Notes: generated from the sequence alone by a model not told the origin. 64,000 bases of DNA from Acidobacteriota bacterium (GCA_029781975.1 JAKOVQ010000010.1:234375-298374); one strand, 5' to 3'; positions 26,845-35,522 are shown, numbered from the stretch's first letter. Translations and numbers: made by a program.

Positions 26845-27285
26845 TCAGCGGCGCGGCGCGCCCCCCCCGAGGTCGATGAGCCGGATCCCGGCCCGCTCGG
26901 CGTACTCGAGGATCCGCGGCTCGCGGTAGAACTCGCCGAACGAGATCGCCGAGAGCCCCGCGTTCGCGATCAGCTTGAAGCAGGGCCAGCAGGGGGAGGC
27001 GGTCGTGTAGATCTCGCCCCCCTCGATCCTCACCCCGTTCATCGCGGCCTGGAGGATGGCGTTCGCCTCGGCGTGGACCGTGGCGATGCAGTGCCCCTCC
27101 TCCATCAGGCAGCCGACCTCGTCGCAGTGGGGAAGCCCCCGGAGCGACCCGTTGTAGCCGGTGGAGAGGATCCGGCGGTCCCTGACGATCACCGCCCCGA
27201 CGTGCTTCCGCGGGCAGGTGGAGCGGCTCGCCACCTCGGCGGCGATGTTCATGAAGTAGCGGTTCCAGTCGACGCGCTCGGCCAC
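26845..27285 (-). CDS. dCMP/CMP deaminase (zinc-binding, ComEB-like)
   Basis: Zinc-binding motifs HAEANAI and PCWPC. The N-terminus VDWNRYFMNIAAEVASRSTCPRKHVGAVIV is typical of dCMP deaminases. The start was placed at the GTG at 27285 with GGAG 5 nt upstream. The upstream part of the track ORF is low-complexity. Confidence 0.7.
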   Translation of the reverse strand: MAERVDWNRYFMNIAAEVASRSTCPRKHVGAVIVRDRRILSTGYNGSLRGLPHCDEVGCLMEEGHCIATVHAEANAILQAAMNGVRIEGGEIYTTASPCWPCFKLIANAGLSAISFGEFYREPRILEYAERAGIRLIDLGGGAPRR

Positions 27286-27358
27286 GGCTCCATTATCGGG
27301 GGAGGGGCTGCCTCCGCCGAGGGCGATTCCGGGGGGCCGCCCCGTGTACCATCGACGC

Positions 27359-28573
27359 ATGCCCCAGAGATCCGCCGTGGTCACCGGCCTGGGGGCGGTG
27401 ACCTCCCTCGGCAACGACCTCGCGAGCTCCTGGGCCGGCCTGGTGGCCGGCCGGTGCGGGATCGGGCCCATCACGGTCTTCGACCCCACGGGCTTCCGGA
27501 CGAACCTCGCCGCGGAGGTCCGCGCGCTCCCCGACGCCTGGATCGACGGCCGCCTCAGGCGCCGCCTCTCCCGGAGCGACGTCCTGGGGCTGACGGCGGC
27601 CCGCGAGGCGCTCGCCGGCTCCGGGATCGACCTCTCCGCCGAGGACCCGGCCCGGATCGCCGTCGTCCTGGGAGGGGGCGTCTCGGGGCTCCTCGACGCC
27701 GAGAACTACTACCGCGACCTCCTCTCGAAGGGCTTCCGGCGTGCCCGGCCGACGAGGGCCCTGAACCACCCCCCCGACCAGACGACCGACCGGATCGGCG
27801 AGCTCTGGGGCTTCTGCGGCCCGCGGGCCACCATCACGACCGCCTGCTCCTCCTCCGCCACCGCGATCGGCTACGCGGCCGACCTGATCCGCCACGGCAT
27901 CGCCGACGTCGTCGTCACCGGCGGCGCCGACTCGCTGGGGCGCCTCACCCACGGCGGCTTCAACGCCCTGCGCGCCGTCGACCCCGACCCCTGCCGGCCG
28001 TTCGACCGGAACCGGAAGGGGCTGACGATCGGCGAGGCGGCCGGGATCCTCGTCCTCGAGGAGGAGGAGCGCGCGCACAAGCGCGGCGCCCCGGTCCGCG
28101 CCCGGTTCCTCGGGTACGGCGTCACCGCCGACGCCCACCACATGACCCAGCCGGAGCCGAGCGGCGTCGCCGGCGCGCGGACGATCACCGCCTGCCTGAA
28201 GGCGGCCCGCCTCTCCCCGGAGGACGTCGACTACGTCAACGCCCACGGGACAGCCACCCAGCAGAACGACTCGGCCGAGACCGCGTCGATCAAGCTCGCG
28301 CTCGGCGAGAGGGCCCACCGCGTCCCGGTCTCCTCCTCGAAATCCATGCTCGGCCACTGCCTCTGCTCGGCCGGCGGGATCGAGGCGGTCGTCACCGTCC
28401 TCACCGTCGAGACGGGGATCCTCCCCCCGACGATCCACTACGAGGAGCCCGACCCCGAGTGCGACCTCGACTACGTCCCGAACACCGCCCGCGAGGCGCG
28501 CGTCCGCGTGGCCCTCTCGAACTCCTTCGCCTTCGGCGGGAACTCCACCGTCGTCGCGTTCGGAAGGGCCTGA
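27359..28573 (+). CDS. Beta-ketoacyl synthase (KS-alpha, FabF-like) with the Cys-His-His triad
   Basis: Active-site Cys in TITTACSSSATAIGYAAD; His in HHMTQPEP and VNAHGTAT; GHCLCSAGGIE; N-terminus AVVTGLGAVTSLG. ATG at 27359. Confidence 0.85.
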   Translation: MPQRSAVVTGLGAVTSLGNDLASSWAGLVAGRCGIGPITVFDPTGFRTNLAAEVRALPDAWIDGRLRRRLSRSDVLGLTAAREALAGSGIDLSAEDPARIAVVLGGGVSGLLDAENYYRDLLSKGFRRARPTRALNHPPDQTTDRIGELWGFCGPRATITTACSSSATAIGYAADLIRHGIADVVVTGGADSLGRLTHGGFNALRAVDPDPCRPFDRNRKGLTIGEAAGILVLEEEERAHKRGAPVRARFLGYGVTADAHHMTQPEPSGVAGARTITACLKAARLSPEDVDYVNAHGTATQQNDSAETASIKLALGERAHRVPVSSSKSMLGHCLCSAGGIEAVVTVLTVETGILPPTIHYEEPDPECDLDYVPNTAREARVRVALSNSFAFGGNSTVVAFGRA

Positions 28574-28598
28574 CGATGCGCGTCGCCCAGGAGCGCCG

Positions 28599-29726
28599 GT
28601 GAAGGCGCCCGTCGTCACCGGGGTCGGGGCCGTCACCCCGCTGGGGCGCGACATCCGGACGACGCGCGACCGCCTCGCCGCCGGGGCGTGCGCCATCGCC
28701 GACGTCGAGGCGCCGGAGGTCCCCGTCCGGCCGCTCCGCTCCCCCGCGGCCCGGATCGGGACCTTCACGACGGAGCCGGAGATGCCCCGCTCGAAGGCCC
28801 GCCGCCTCGACCGCGGCAGCCAGTACGCCGTCGTCGCCATCCGCCAGTGCCTCGCCGACGCCGGCTACGACGTGAAGGGGCGCGAGGACGACATGGGGAT
28901 CCTCCTCGGCTCGGGCTCCGCCGGAGCCGGCCCGCTCACCGACCTCGAGCGCCAGATGGCGGTCGAGTCGCCCGAGGCGGCCTCCCCGTTCCTCTTCCCG
29001 TACACCGTCGCCAACGCGCCGGCCTCGCTCGCGGCGATCGAGCTCGGCGTCCGCGGCCCGAACGTCACCATCACGCAGAAGGACCCGGCGGGGCTGAACG
29101 CCGTCTTCTACGCCCGGATGCTCCTGGCCGACGGGCGCGCCAGCGCCCTCGTGGCCGGCGGGGCCGACGAGTGGAACCTCACCTACCACCTCGCCTACGA
29201 GCGGCTCCACGCCACCCGGACTCAGAGCACGCCGGGGTACGCCCTCTCGGAGGGATGCGCGGTCCTCCTCCTCGAGGACGAAGACTCCGCGCGCGAGCGG
29301 GGCGCCCGGGTCCTCGCCCGCCTCGCCTCGATCGTCTCCACCGGCCGCCCCGTCTCTCCCCACCGGCGACGGACGCGAGCGACCGACGTGGCCGAGACGC
29401 TCGGCGAGGCGCTCGTCGACGCGGGGATCGAGCCGGACGCCGTCGGGCGCTTCGACCCGCGGCGCGTCGGGCTCCTCCACCTCTCGGCGAACGGCGTCCC
29501 CTGGATGGACGAGGCGGAGCGCAAGGCGGTCGAGCTGCTCTTCGGCCCGCACCCGCCGCCCCTCCGGACCATCAAGCACCAGATCGGCGAGAACCCGGTC
29601 GTCGGCGCGCTCCAGCTCGCCCTCTCCGCCCTGGCGCTGGGAGAGGACCCCTCGCTCGGCGCCGCCGTCGTCAACGTCCTCGGCGCGGGCGGCAACCAGA
29701 TCACCGCCGTCCTGACGGCGCCGTGA
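28599..29726 (+). CDS. KS-beta / chain-length-factor-like ketosynthase paralog, with the active-site Cys replaced by Gln
   Basis: A KS-like fold (VVTGVGAVTPLG…), but the position equivalent to the catalytic Cys reads VTITQKDPAGLNA (Gln). It lies 25 nt downstream of the KS gene, in the typical KS/CLF tandem arrangement. Confidence 0.7.
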   Translation: MKAPVVTGVGAVTPLGRDIRTTRDRLAAGACAIADVEAPEVPVRPLRSPAARIGTFTTEPEMPRSKARRLDRGSQYAVVAIRQCLADAGYDVKGREDDMGILLGSGSAGAGPLTDLERQMAVESPEAASPFLFPYTVANAPASLAAIELGVRGPNVTITQKDPAGLNAVFYARMLLADGRASALVAGGADEWNLTYHLAYERLHATRTQSTPGYALSEGCAVLLLEDEDSARERGARVLARLASIVSTGRPVSPHRRRTRATDVAETLGEALVDAGIEPDAVGRFDPRRVGLLHLSANGVPWMDEAERKAVELLFGPHPPPLRTIKHQIGENPVVGALQLALSALALGEDPSLGAAVVNVLGAGGNQITAVLTAP

Positions 29727-29782
29727 CGGCGTGACCATGCCGTGACCATGCCGTGACCACGCCGTGACCACGCCGTGACGAC
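29720..29782. repeat. Tandem 11-bp repeat array, 5-6 copies of gccgtgaccay, in the intergenic space between the CLF-like and thioesterase genes
   Basis: The array reads gccgtgacg-gcgtgaccat-gccgtgaccat-gccgtgaccac-gccgtgaccac-gccgtgacgac. The CLF stop TGA (29724-29726) lies inside the first unit. Every unit contains GTGA. Confidence 0.8.
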
Positions 29783-29816
29783 GCCATCCCTTCCGGCGAA
29801 GCCGCGCCCCTTCCGG

Positions 29817-30245
29817 ATGGAGGTCGACGTCCGCTTCCCGGAGGTCGACTCCTACGGCGTCGTCTGGCACGGCCACTACGTCCTCTACTTCGAGATCGTG
29901 AGGGACGCCCTCTGCACGGCCGGCGGCTTCTCCCCCTCCCAGGGGCTCGCCCTCGGCTACAAGGTCCCGATCACACGGTTCGAGGCCCAGGTGAGGCGCC
30001 CCGCCCTCCTCGACGACCGGCTCGAGCTCTCGTGCGTCCTCCGCCCCCCCGAGACCGCCAAGCTCGAGATGGAGTACGAGGTCCGCCGCGCGGCGACGCG
30101 CGAGCTCCTGGCGACCGGCTTCACCCAGCAGGTCTTCCTCAACCCGCAGGGCGAGCTGATGCTGACCTTCCCGATGCAGGTCCGCGGCCTCGTGGAGCGG
30201 GTCCTCGCCTTCCACCGGGGCGAGGCCGAGCTCGGCCGCGGCTGA
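29817..30245 (+). CDS. Hotdog-fold acyl-CoA/ACP thioesterase (4HBT/YbgC family)
   Basis: MEVDVRFPEVDSYGVVWHGHYVLYFE is the classic 4HBT N-terminus, with catalytic Asp and His context. The track ORF starts at the GTG at 29775, inside the repeat array. ATG at 29817 was preferred. Confidence 0.7.
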   Translation: MEVDVRFPEVDSYGVVWHGHYVLYFEIVRDALCTAGGFSPSQGLALGYKVPITRFEAQVRRPALLDDRLELSCVLRPPETAKLEMEYEVRRAATRELLATGFTQQVFLNPQGELMLTFPMQVRGLVERVLAFHRGEAELGRG

Positions 30246-30249
30246 CCGC

Positions 30250-30867
30250 TCAGCCCGCCTTCCGCGCCGTCGCCAGGAAGATCGGGTAGTCGCGATCGCC
30301 CTTCCGGGTGACGGTCGCCGTCTCGACGGCCACGTCGACGAACCCCGCAGCCCTCAGGAGCGCGGCGATACCGTCCCGCTCGAACCCGAGGTGGACGACG
30401 CCGGCCGGGTCCTCGTGGAACGTCCCGTCCTCCGTGTCGAGGTCGGCGAGGGCGACGCGGCCGCCGGGGCGCAGGTGCTCGCGGAACGCCGCGAAGAGCG
30501 GCGCCAGCTCCTTCACGTGGTGGAGCGCCATGCTGCTGACGACGAGGTCGTAGCTCCCCGGCACCGCGAAGGGAGCGTCGGCGGGAAGGAGGACGGCGCT
30601 CACCCCCTCGAGCCCCTGCTCACGAACCTTCGTCCGGAAGACGTCGAGCATCCCGGACGACGTGTCGACCCCCGTGACGCTCCTGACGAGCGGCCCGAGC
30701 GCGAGCGAGACGAGGCCGGTGCCGCAGCCGAAGTCGAGGACGTCGATGTCGGCCGGAAGGCCGCACCGCGCCACCATCGCCTCCGCGACCGCCCGCGCCA
30801 TCTTCACCCGGCGCCCCTCGCCGTCCCACGTCGCCGCCGCCTGGTCGAACCGCTCGGTTCCCGACAT
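30250..30867 (-). CDS. Class I SAM-dependent methyltransferase
   Basis: SAM motif VLDFGCGTGLVSLAL; acidic loop VVSSMALHH; RPGGRVALADL. The ATG at 30867 lies 2 nt after the stop of the upstream VOC gene. Confidence 0.75.
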   Translation of the reverse strand: MSGTERFDQAAATWDGEGRRVKMARAVAEAMVARCGLPADIDVLDFGCGTGLVSLALGPLVRSVTGVDTSSGMLDVFRTKVREQGLEGVSAVLLPADAPFAVPGSYDLVVSSMALHHVKELAPLFAAFREHLRPGGRVALADLDTEDGTFHEDPAGVVHLGFERDGIAALLRAAGFVDVAVETATVTRKGDRDYPIFLATARKAG

Positions 30868-30869
30868 CG

Positions 30870-31274
30870 TCACGCCCCGGGCGGCGTCGGGACCGGCGCC
30901 GGCGGCTGCCAGAGCTCGACCCGGTTCCCCTCCGGGTCCATCACCCACCCGAACGCCCCGAATTCCGACCGCTCGACCTTCTCGTCCACCGCGCACCCCT
31001 CGGCGCGGAGCGCCGCGAGGACCGCGTCGAGGTCGTCGACCCGGTAGTTCACCATGAACGGAGCCGGGCTCGGGTCGAAGTAGGTCGACGACGCCGCGAA
31101 GATGGTCCAGACGGTCATCCCGTCGGGCTCCGGCCGCTCCGGCGTCTGCCAGCGGAACGCCGTCCCTCCCCACTCCTCCACCGCGATCCCGAGGTGGTCG
31201 CGGTACCACGCCCGGAGCGCCTCGGGGTCGCGCGCCTTGAAGAAGATCCCGCCGATTCCCGTCACTCGCGTCAT
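30870..31274 (-). CDS. VOC-family protein (glyoxalase/bleomycin-resistance fold)
   Basis: MTRVTGIGGIFFKARDPEALRAWYRDHLGI…GWVMDPEGNRVELWQ is the typical VOC beta-alpha-beta-beta-beta signature. The ATG at 31274 was verified as cat at 31272-31274. Confidence 0.65.
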   Translation of the reverse strand: MTRVTGIGGIFFKARDPEALRAWYRDHLGIAVEEWGGTAFRWQTPERPEPDGMTVWTIFAASSTYFDPSPAPFMVNYRVDDLDAVLAALRAEGCAVDEKVERSEFGAFGWVMDPEGNRVELWQPPAPVPTPPGA

Positions 31275-31481
31275 GGCCGCCTCCCTGGGGCGGACGATAG
31301 CCCAGCCCGCCCCTCCGTCGCGCTGCGGCGCGATCGGTCCCCGTCTCCTGCCGACCCGCGGTGCCGCCCCCCAGGGGGACGGTTCACGCGCCGGACCGGG
31401 TATCCTCCCCGCGCAGCAGACCGAATCCGACCCCGGTTTCGTGACGGCTCCGGCCCGCCGTCCGGCGAGGAGCTCCGACCG

Positions 31482-32015
31482 ATGCCCGACGCGAAAGCCG
31501 ACCCCGCCCCCGACCTCGCGTTCCTCGAAGGGACCCCCGTCTTCGGCGCCCTCGAGCGCCCCGCCCTCGAGCTGGTCGCCGAGCACCTCGAGCGGCGGCT
31601 CCTCCCGCCGGGCCGGCTGGTCGTGGCGGAAGGCGAGGGGGCGCGGGAGATGTACGTTCTGGAGAACGGCGCCGTGGAGGTCCTCGTCCACCGCGCCCCC
31701 GGCGACGGCGACGACCTCGTCGTCGCGAAGCTCGGCCGGGGCGACTGCTTCGGCGAGATGGCGCTCCTCGACGTCCAGCCCCGGTCTGCCACCGTCAGGA
31801 CACTCGACGAGACCTCGCTCCTCGTCCTCCGCTACCGGGAGCTCCTCGAGATCCGGCGGCGGGACCCGGAGGCGTTCCTCCTCCTCGTCCTCAACCTCGC
31901 CCGCGAGGTGTCGCGCCGGCTCCGCGGCTGCGAGCGGCACCTCCTCGACCTCCTCCACCGGCTCCCCGAGGGGAGCGCCGTCGCGCAGGAGGTCTTCGGG
32001 TCGAGGCGGGCCTGA
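31482..32015 (+). CDS. Cyclic-nucleotide-binding domain protein (Crp/Fnr-type cNMP-binding domain, no obvious HTH)
   Basis: GDCFGEMALL…RSATVRTL is the cNMP-binding signature. ATG at 31482 with a GAGGAG-like RBS. Confidence 0.7.
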   Translation: MPDAKADPAPDLAFLEGTPVFGALERPALELVAEHLERRLLPPGRLVVAEGEGAREMYVLENGAVEVLVHRAPGDGDDLVVAKLGRGDCFGEMALLDVQPRSATVRTLDETSLLVLRYRELLEIRRRDPEAFLLLVLNLAREVSRRLRGCERHLLDLLHRLPEGSAVAQEVFGSRRA

Positions 32016-32066
32016 CGCCGGACCAGCGGCCGGGTCGAGGCTGCCTCACCCGATCTCGAACGGCAG

Positions 32067-32576
32067 TCAGCCCGGCCGGCGCTCCACGTGCTCGCGGAGC
32101 GCCGTCATCAGGCCGCCCCACCAGAGCCCCATCATCCGGCTGAAGTCGGCGCCGGCGAGGCCGTGCCGGACCGGGTGGCCCTCCCTCAGCGCGGCGAAGC
32201 CGCGGTGACGGACCGTCACCAGCGTCCCGTCGCGCGACGGTGCGAAGAGGACGGTGACGAAGGTCTTCTCGCCCGGCGCGAAGTTGACGACGCGCCACTC
32301 CATCTCGAGACGCGCGGGGGGCTCCCAGACCGTGACCCGCCCCACCTCGAAGGTGTGCGAGCCGCTCCCCGTCTCGAACGTCTCGAAGAGCCGCCCCGAC
32401 GGGCCGGTCTCGAAGCAGAGCCTCCCCGCCCGGCGCCCGGCGATCCGGTAGCGCGGCCCCGTCCGCCACCAGAGGTCGATCTCGGTCGTGAAGACGTCCC
32501 ACGCGACGTCGGGAGGGACGGCGACGAAGACCGTGGCCGAGGCGGAGTCGCCCGGCCCCGGAGCCGGCCCGCTCAT
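32067..32576 (-). CDS. SRPBCC-family protein (AHSA1/polyketide-cyclase-like)
   Basis: MSGPAPGPGDSASATVFVAVPPDVAWDVFTTEIDLWW…EMEWRV is the typical AHSA1/SRPBCC N-terminus. The start overlaps the ArsR stop (ATGA). Confidence 0.65.
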   Translation of the reverse strand: MSGPAPGPGDSASATVFVAVPPDVAWDVFTTEIDLWWRTGPRYRIAGRRAGRLCFETGPSGRLFETFETGSGSHTFEVGRVTVWEPPARLEMEWRVVNFAPGEKTFVTVLFAPSRDGTLVTVRHRGFAALREGHPVRHGLAGADFSRMMGLWWGGLMTALREHVERRPG

Positions 32577-32911
32577 CGCCTCCCCTTCCCGCGGGCTCGC
32601 TCGGCGTGCCGCTTGAACGCGGCGAGCTCGACCGTCCAGAACGCCTCGACCTCCGCGAGCCAGCCCTTCAGGCCGGCGAACGGCTCGGGGCGGAGGCGGT
32701 AGACCCTGACGCGGGCGTCCTCGCCCGTGTGCTCCTCGTCCACCAGCCCCGCCGTCCGGAGGACGCGCAGGTGGCGGCTCATCGCCGGGGCGGAGAGCCC
32801 CAGCTCGCCCGCCAGCTCGCCGGCCCGGCGCGGCCGCCGCCGGAGGAGGTCGACGGCGGCGCGGCGCGCCGGGTCGGCCAGGGCCTGGAGGGTCCGGTCG
32901 AGGTCGCTCAC
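32573..32911 (-). CDS. ArsR/SmtB-family transcriptional regulator
   Basis: LQALADPARRAAVDLLRRRPRRAGELAGELGLSAPAMSRHLRVLRTAGLV is a winged-helix ArsR HTH. The start was taken at the GTG at 32911 (GAAGG upstream). The ATG at 32977 is the alternative. Confidence 0.7.
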   Translation of the reverse strand: MSDLDRTLQALADPARRAAVDLLRRRPRRAGELAGELGLSAPAMSRHLRVLRTAGLVDEEHTGEDARVRVYRLRPEPFAGLKGWLAEVEAFWTVELAAFKRHAERARGKGRR

Positions 32912-33369
32912 GCCTTCGGCTGCGGGGACCGGAGCCGCTGGCAGAACCACCAGTGGTGCCCCTCGAGGTCCTCGCACTCGTAGCAGCGGTCGCTCCAGTA
33001 GTCCTCGCCGTAGTCGTGGGTCTCCGGCCCGGCGCAGACCTTCGCCCCCGCCGCCCGCGCCCGCGCGCAGTGAGCCTCCACGTCGTCGACGAAGACCATG
33101 ACGCTCTGCGTGTTGGCGCCGTCCAGCTCCCCCGGGCTCCGGCGGTAGGGGAACCTCTCCTCGTCCTTCCTCGCGTCACCCACGATCACGAGCCCGTCGC
33201 CGTAGACGAGCTCGCTGTGCTCGATCCGCCCCCCCTCCCCCTCGACCTTGAGGCGGACCTCGAAGCCGAAGGCGTCGCAGAGGAAGTCGATCGCCCGCGG
33301 GGCGTCGACGTAGTAGAGAGCCTGGGAGATCCGCGGCCAGCCCGGAGGGGAGGGGTTCGTCGGCTTCAT
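32908..33369 (-). CDS. VOC-family/glyoxalase-like protein (PhnB-like)
   Basis: ALYYVDAPRAIDFLCDAFGFEV…GDGLVIVGDA…MVFVDDVEAHCARARAAGAKV…EDLEGHHWWF. It is the first gene of a minus-strand operon VOC–ArsR–SRPBCC with overlapping stop/start codons. Confidence 0.65.
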   Translation of the reverse strand: MKPTNPSPPGWPRISQALYYVDAPRAIDFLCDAFGFEVRLKVEGEGGRIEHSELVYGDGLVIVGDARKDEERFPYRRSPGELDGANTQSVMVFVDDVEAHCARARAAGAKVCAGPETHDYGEDYWSDRCYECEDLEGHHWWFCQRLRSPQPKA

Positions 33370-33430
33370 GGTCGCCCCTTTCTTACCACTCGGGAGAATA
33401 GTTAACTAGATTTGAAAATATTGGGCCGCC
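33370..33430 (-). promoter_or_regulatory. AT-rich upstream region of the VOC–ArsR–SRPBCC operon. It is the likely promoter and also the ArsR operator region.
   Basis: cttaccactcgggagaatagttaactagatttgaaaatattgg is strongly AT-enriched relative to the roughly 70% GC background. It lies immediately upstream of the ATG at 33369. Confidence 0.35.
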
Positions 33431-33540
33431 GCCGGCCGCCTGTCAAGGGGAGCCGGGCGCCAAGCGCCGCCTCGCAGCGGCACGACGGCTTCCGCGGTCC
33501 CGGTCCCGGTCCCGGGCGCGCGCCCCGGCCCCCGCCGCCC

Positions 33541-34920
33541 CTAGGCCCCGGCGCCCCCCTTGGGGAACGTCGCGACGGCGCGCGTCGGCTGGCCGTCGCC
33601 GGAGAGGAGCGCCAGCGTCCCGCCGTGCCCCTTCACGATCCGGTCGGCGATCGGGAGGCCCAGGCCGGTCCCGGCGTCCTTCGTGGAGACGAAGAGGCGG
33701 AAGACGTCCGCGGCCTTCGTCGGCGGGACGCCGGGCCCCTTGTCCTCCACCGTCAGCTTCCAGCACCGGCCGCCGTCCTCCACGGCCACGGAGACCTCAC
33801 GGGCGGTCGCCCCCTCGCTCTCGACGGCGTCGAGCGCGTTGACGACGAGGTTGAGGACGACCTGCTTGACCCGGGCCACGTCGAGCCGTGCCGGCGCGCC
33901 GCCGGGGTGGGGCCGGTAGGCGAGCTGGATGTTCCGCTTGGCCGCTTCGGGGAGCAGGAACGCGACCGCCTCCCCCGCCGGCTCGTTCAGGTCGGCCGGA
34001 ACGGGCGAGAGGGGCGACGGGCGGGCGTACGAGAGGAAGTCGGTCAGGAGGCGGGCCAGGCGCCCGGTCTCCTGCCGCGCCGCCTGCGTCAGGTCGGCGG
34101 CGGCAGCGATCGTCGCGGGACCCGCGGTGGCCTGCTGGAGCTGCTCCTCGAGGAGCTCGAGGTTGAGGCTCATGGCGTTCAGCGGGTTGCGGATCTCGTG
34201 GGCCAGGCCGGTCGCCACCTCGCCCAGCTCCGCGCGCCGCTCGGCCTCGACGCGCGCCTCCTCGACGGCGCGCGTCCGCCGGACGAGGAGCATGACGGCC
34301 GTCGACGCGGCCGCGATGCCGAGGAGCGAGGCGAGGGCGGCGGCGAACGTCCGGACGTAGAGCTTCTTCCGGAGGACCTCCACCCGCCCCTCGAGCTCCT
34401 TCTGCGAGAGCCCCACCTTCAGGACGCCGAAGTCGGCGATCGGGACCTCGACGGCGTAGGGGTCCGAGATCTTCGAGGTCGACTCCCAGCTGCTCTCCGG
34501 GGGCTGGAGCGGGCTGGTGTCGAGCTCGGGCCCGCGCCGTCCCTCCGGGGCCACGCCTCCCTCCGGCTGGGGCTTCTGCAGGACGCCCGTGTAGGCGTAG
34601 ACGAGCTTCCCCTTGCTGTCGTAGACGCGGACCTCCGAGAGGACCTGCCGCTCCTTCAGCGTGGAGCCGACGAAGAGGTCGGTCTCCTTCTGCCTCCGCT
34701 TCAGGGTGTAGAGGTCCCCCCCGGCCCGCTCGACCAGGCCCTTGGCGATCCGCTCGGCGTCCCACCTCGAGTAGAGGAGCGCCTCGTCGACCACGTCCTT
34801 CGAGAGCGCCTTGAAGAGGAGGTGCCCGAAGAGGAAGACCGACCCGGCCGTCAGGAGGCCGAGGAGCGAGAGCGTGATCGTGAGGTTCCGGCGAAAGCGC
34901 CGGGTTTCGGGGTCCGACAC
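33541..34920 (-). CDS. Sensor histidine kinase (2 TM segments, a periplasmic loop, HisKA and HATPase_c domains)
   Basis: H-box LAHEIRNPLNAM; N-box VVLNLVVNALDA; G-boxes DKGPGV and GTGLGLPIA. TM segments at the N-terminus and near aa 190. Confidence 0.85.
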   Translation of the reverse strand: MSDPETRRFRRNLTITLSLLGLLTAGSVFLFGHLLFKALSKDVVDEALLYSRWDAERIAKGLVERAGGDLYTLKRRQKETDLFVGSTLKERQVLSEVRVYDSKGKLVYAYTGVLQKPQPEGGVAPEGRRGPELDTSPLQPPESSWESTSKISDPYAVEVPIADFGVLKVGLSQKELEGRVEVLRKKLYVRTFAAALASLLGIAAASTAVMLLVRRTRAVEEARVEAERRAELGEVATGLAHEIRNPLNAMSLNLELLEEQLQQATAGPATIAAAADLTQAARQETGRLARLLTDFLSYARPSPLSPVPADLNEPAGEAVAFLLPEAAKRNIQLAYRPHPGGAPARLDVARVKQVVLNLVVNALDAVESEGATAREVSVAVEDGGRCWKLTVEDKGPGVPPTKAADVFRLFVSTKDAGTGLGLPIADRIVKGHGGTLALLSGDGQPTRAVATFPKGGAGA

Positions 34921-34967
34921 CGACGGGAGTGTAAGGCGGCGGGCAATCGGGCTATCCTCCGCCGCCG

Positions 34968-35522
34968 ATGCCCGCGACTCCCGGCCCCGCCCCCTCCGCG
35001 CGAAAAGGCCTCCGGCCCGAGAGCGCCTTCCTCCTGAAGTTCCTCGGCCTGATGGCCCTCTTCTTCCTCGCCGTCGCCCCGAAGCCGATGAACGACGCGC
35101 TCGTCGAGCCGTTCACGTCCCTCGTCGCCCGGGCGGGCGGGACGGCCTGCCGGCTCTTCGGCGAGCCGACGGAGATGCGCGGCACCGCGATCGTCTCTCC
35201 CCGCTTCTCGGTCAACATCCGGAACGGCTGCAACGGCCTCGAGACGATGTTCATCTTCGGCGCGGCGGTCCTCGCCTTCCCGGCCCCGTGGAAGGTGCGG
35301 CTCCTCGGCCTCCTGGGCGGCTTCGCCGGGATCCAGCTGATCAACCTCGTGAGGATCGTGTCGCTCTTCTACATCGGGATCCACTTCCCGAAGCTCTTCG
35401 AGGAATCCCACATCGTCGTCTGGCAGGTGATCGTCGTCCTCGGCGGGGTGGCGCTCTTCCTGCTCTGGGCGGGGCGCTTTGCTCTCCCGGCTCGATCCAA
35501 GAATCCGGTCGCTGCTCCTTAG
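34968..35522 (+). CDS. Small polytopic membrane protein with exosortase/archaeosortase-like catalytic motifs (Cys, Arg, His)
   Basis: FSVNIRNGCNGLETMFIF gives Cys in a C-x-G context; IQLINLVRIVSLF gives the N..R(I/V) motif; ESHIVVWQVIVVLGGVALF gives H…G…F. The order and spacing resemble the exosortase catalytic core. The family assignment is tentative. Confidence 0.4.
   Translation: MPATPGPAPSARKGLRPESAFLLKFLGLMALFFLAVAPKPMNDALVEPFTSLVARAGGTACRLFGEPTEMRGTAIVSPRFSVNIRNGCNGLETMFIFGAAVLAFPAPWKVRLLGLLGGFAGIQLINLVRIVSLFYIGIHFPKLFEESHIVVWQVIVVLGGVALFLLWAGRFALPARSKNPVAAP

Noticed and set aside
29720-29782. CRISPR array
   Set aside because: The repeat unit is only 11 bp, with no spacers. It is a simple tandem repeat. 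No cas genes are present.
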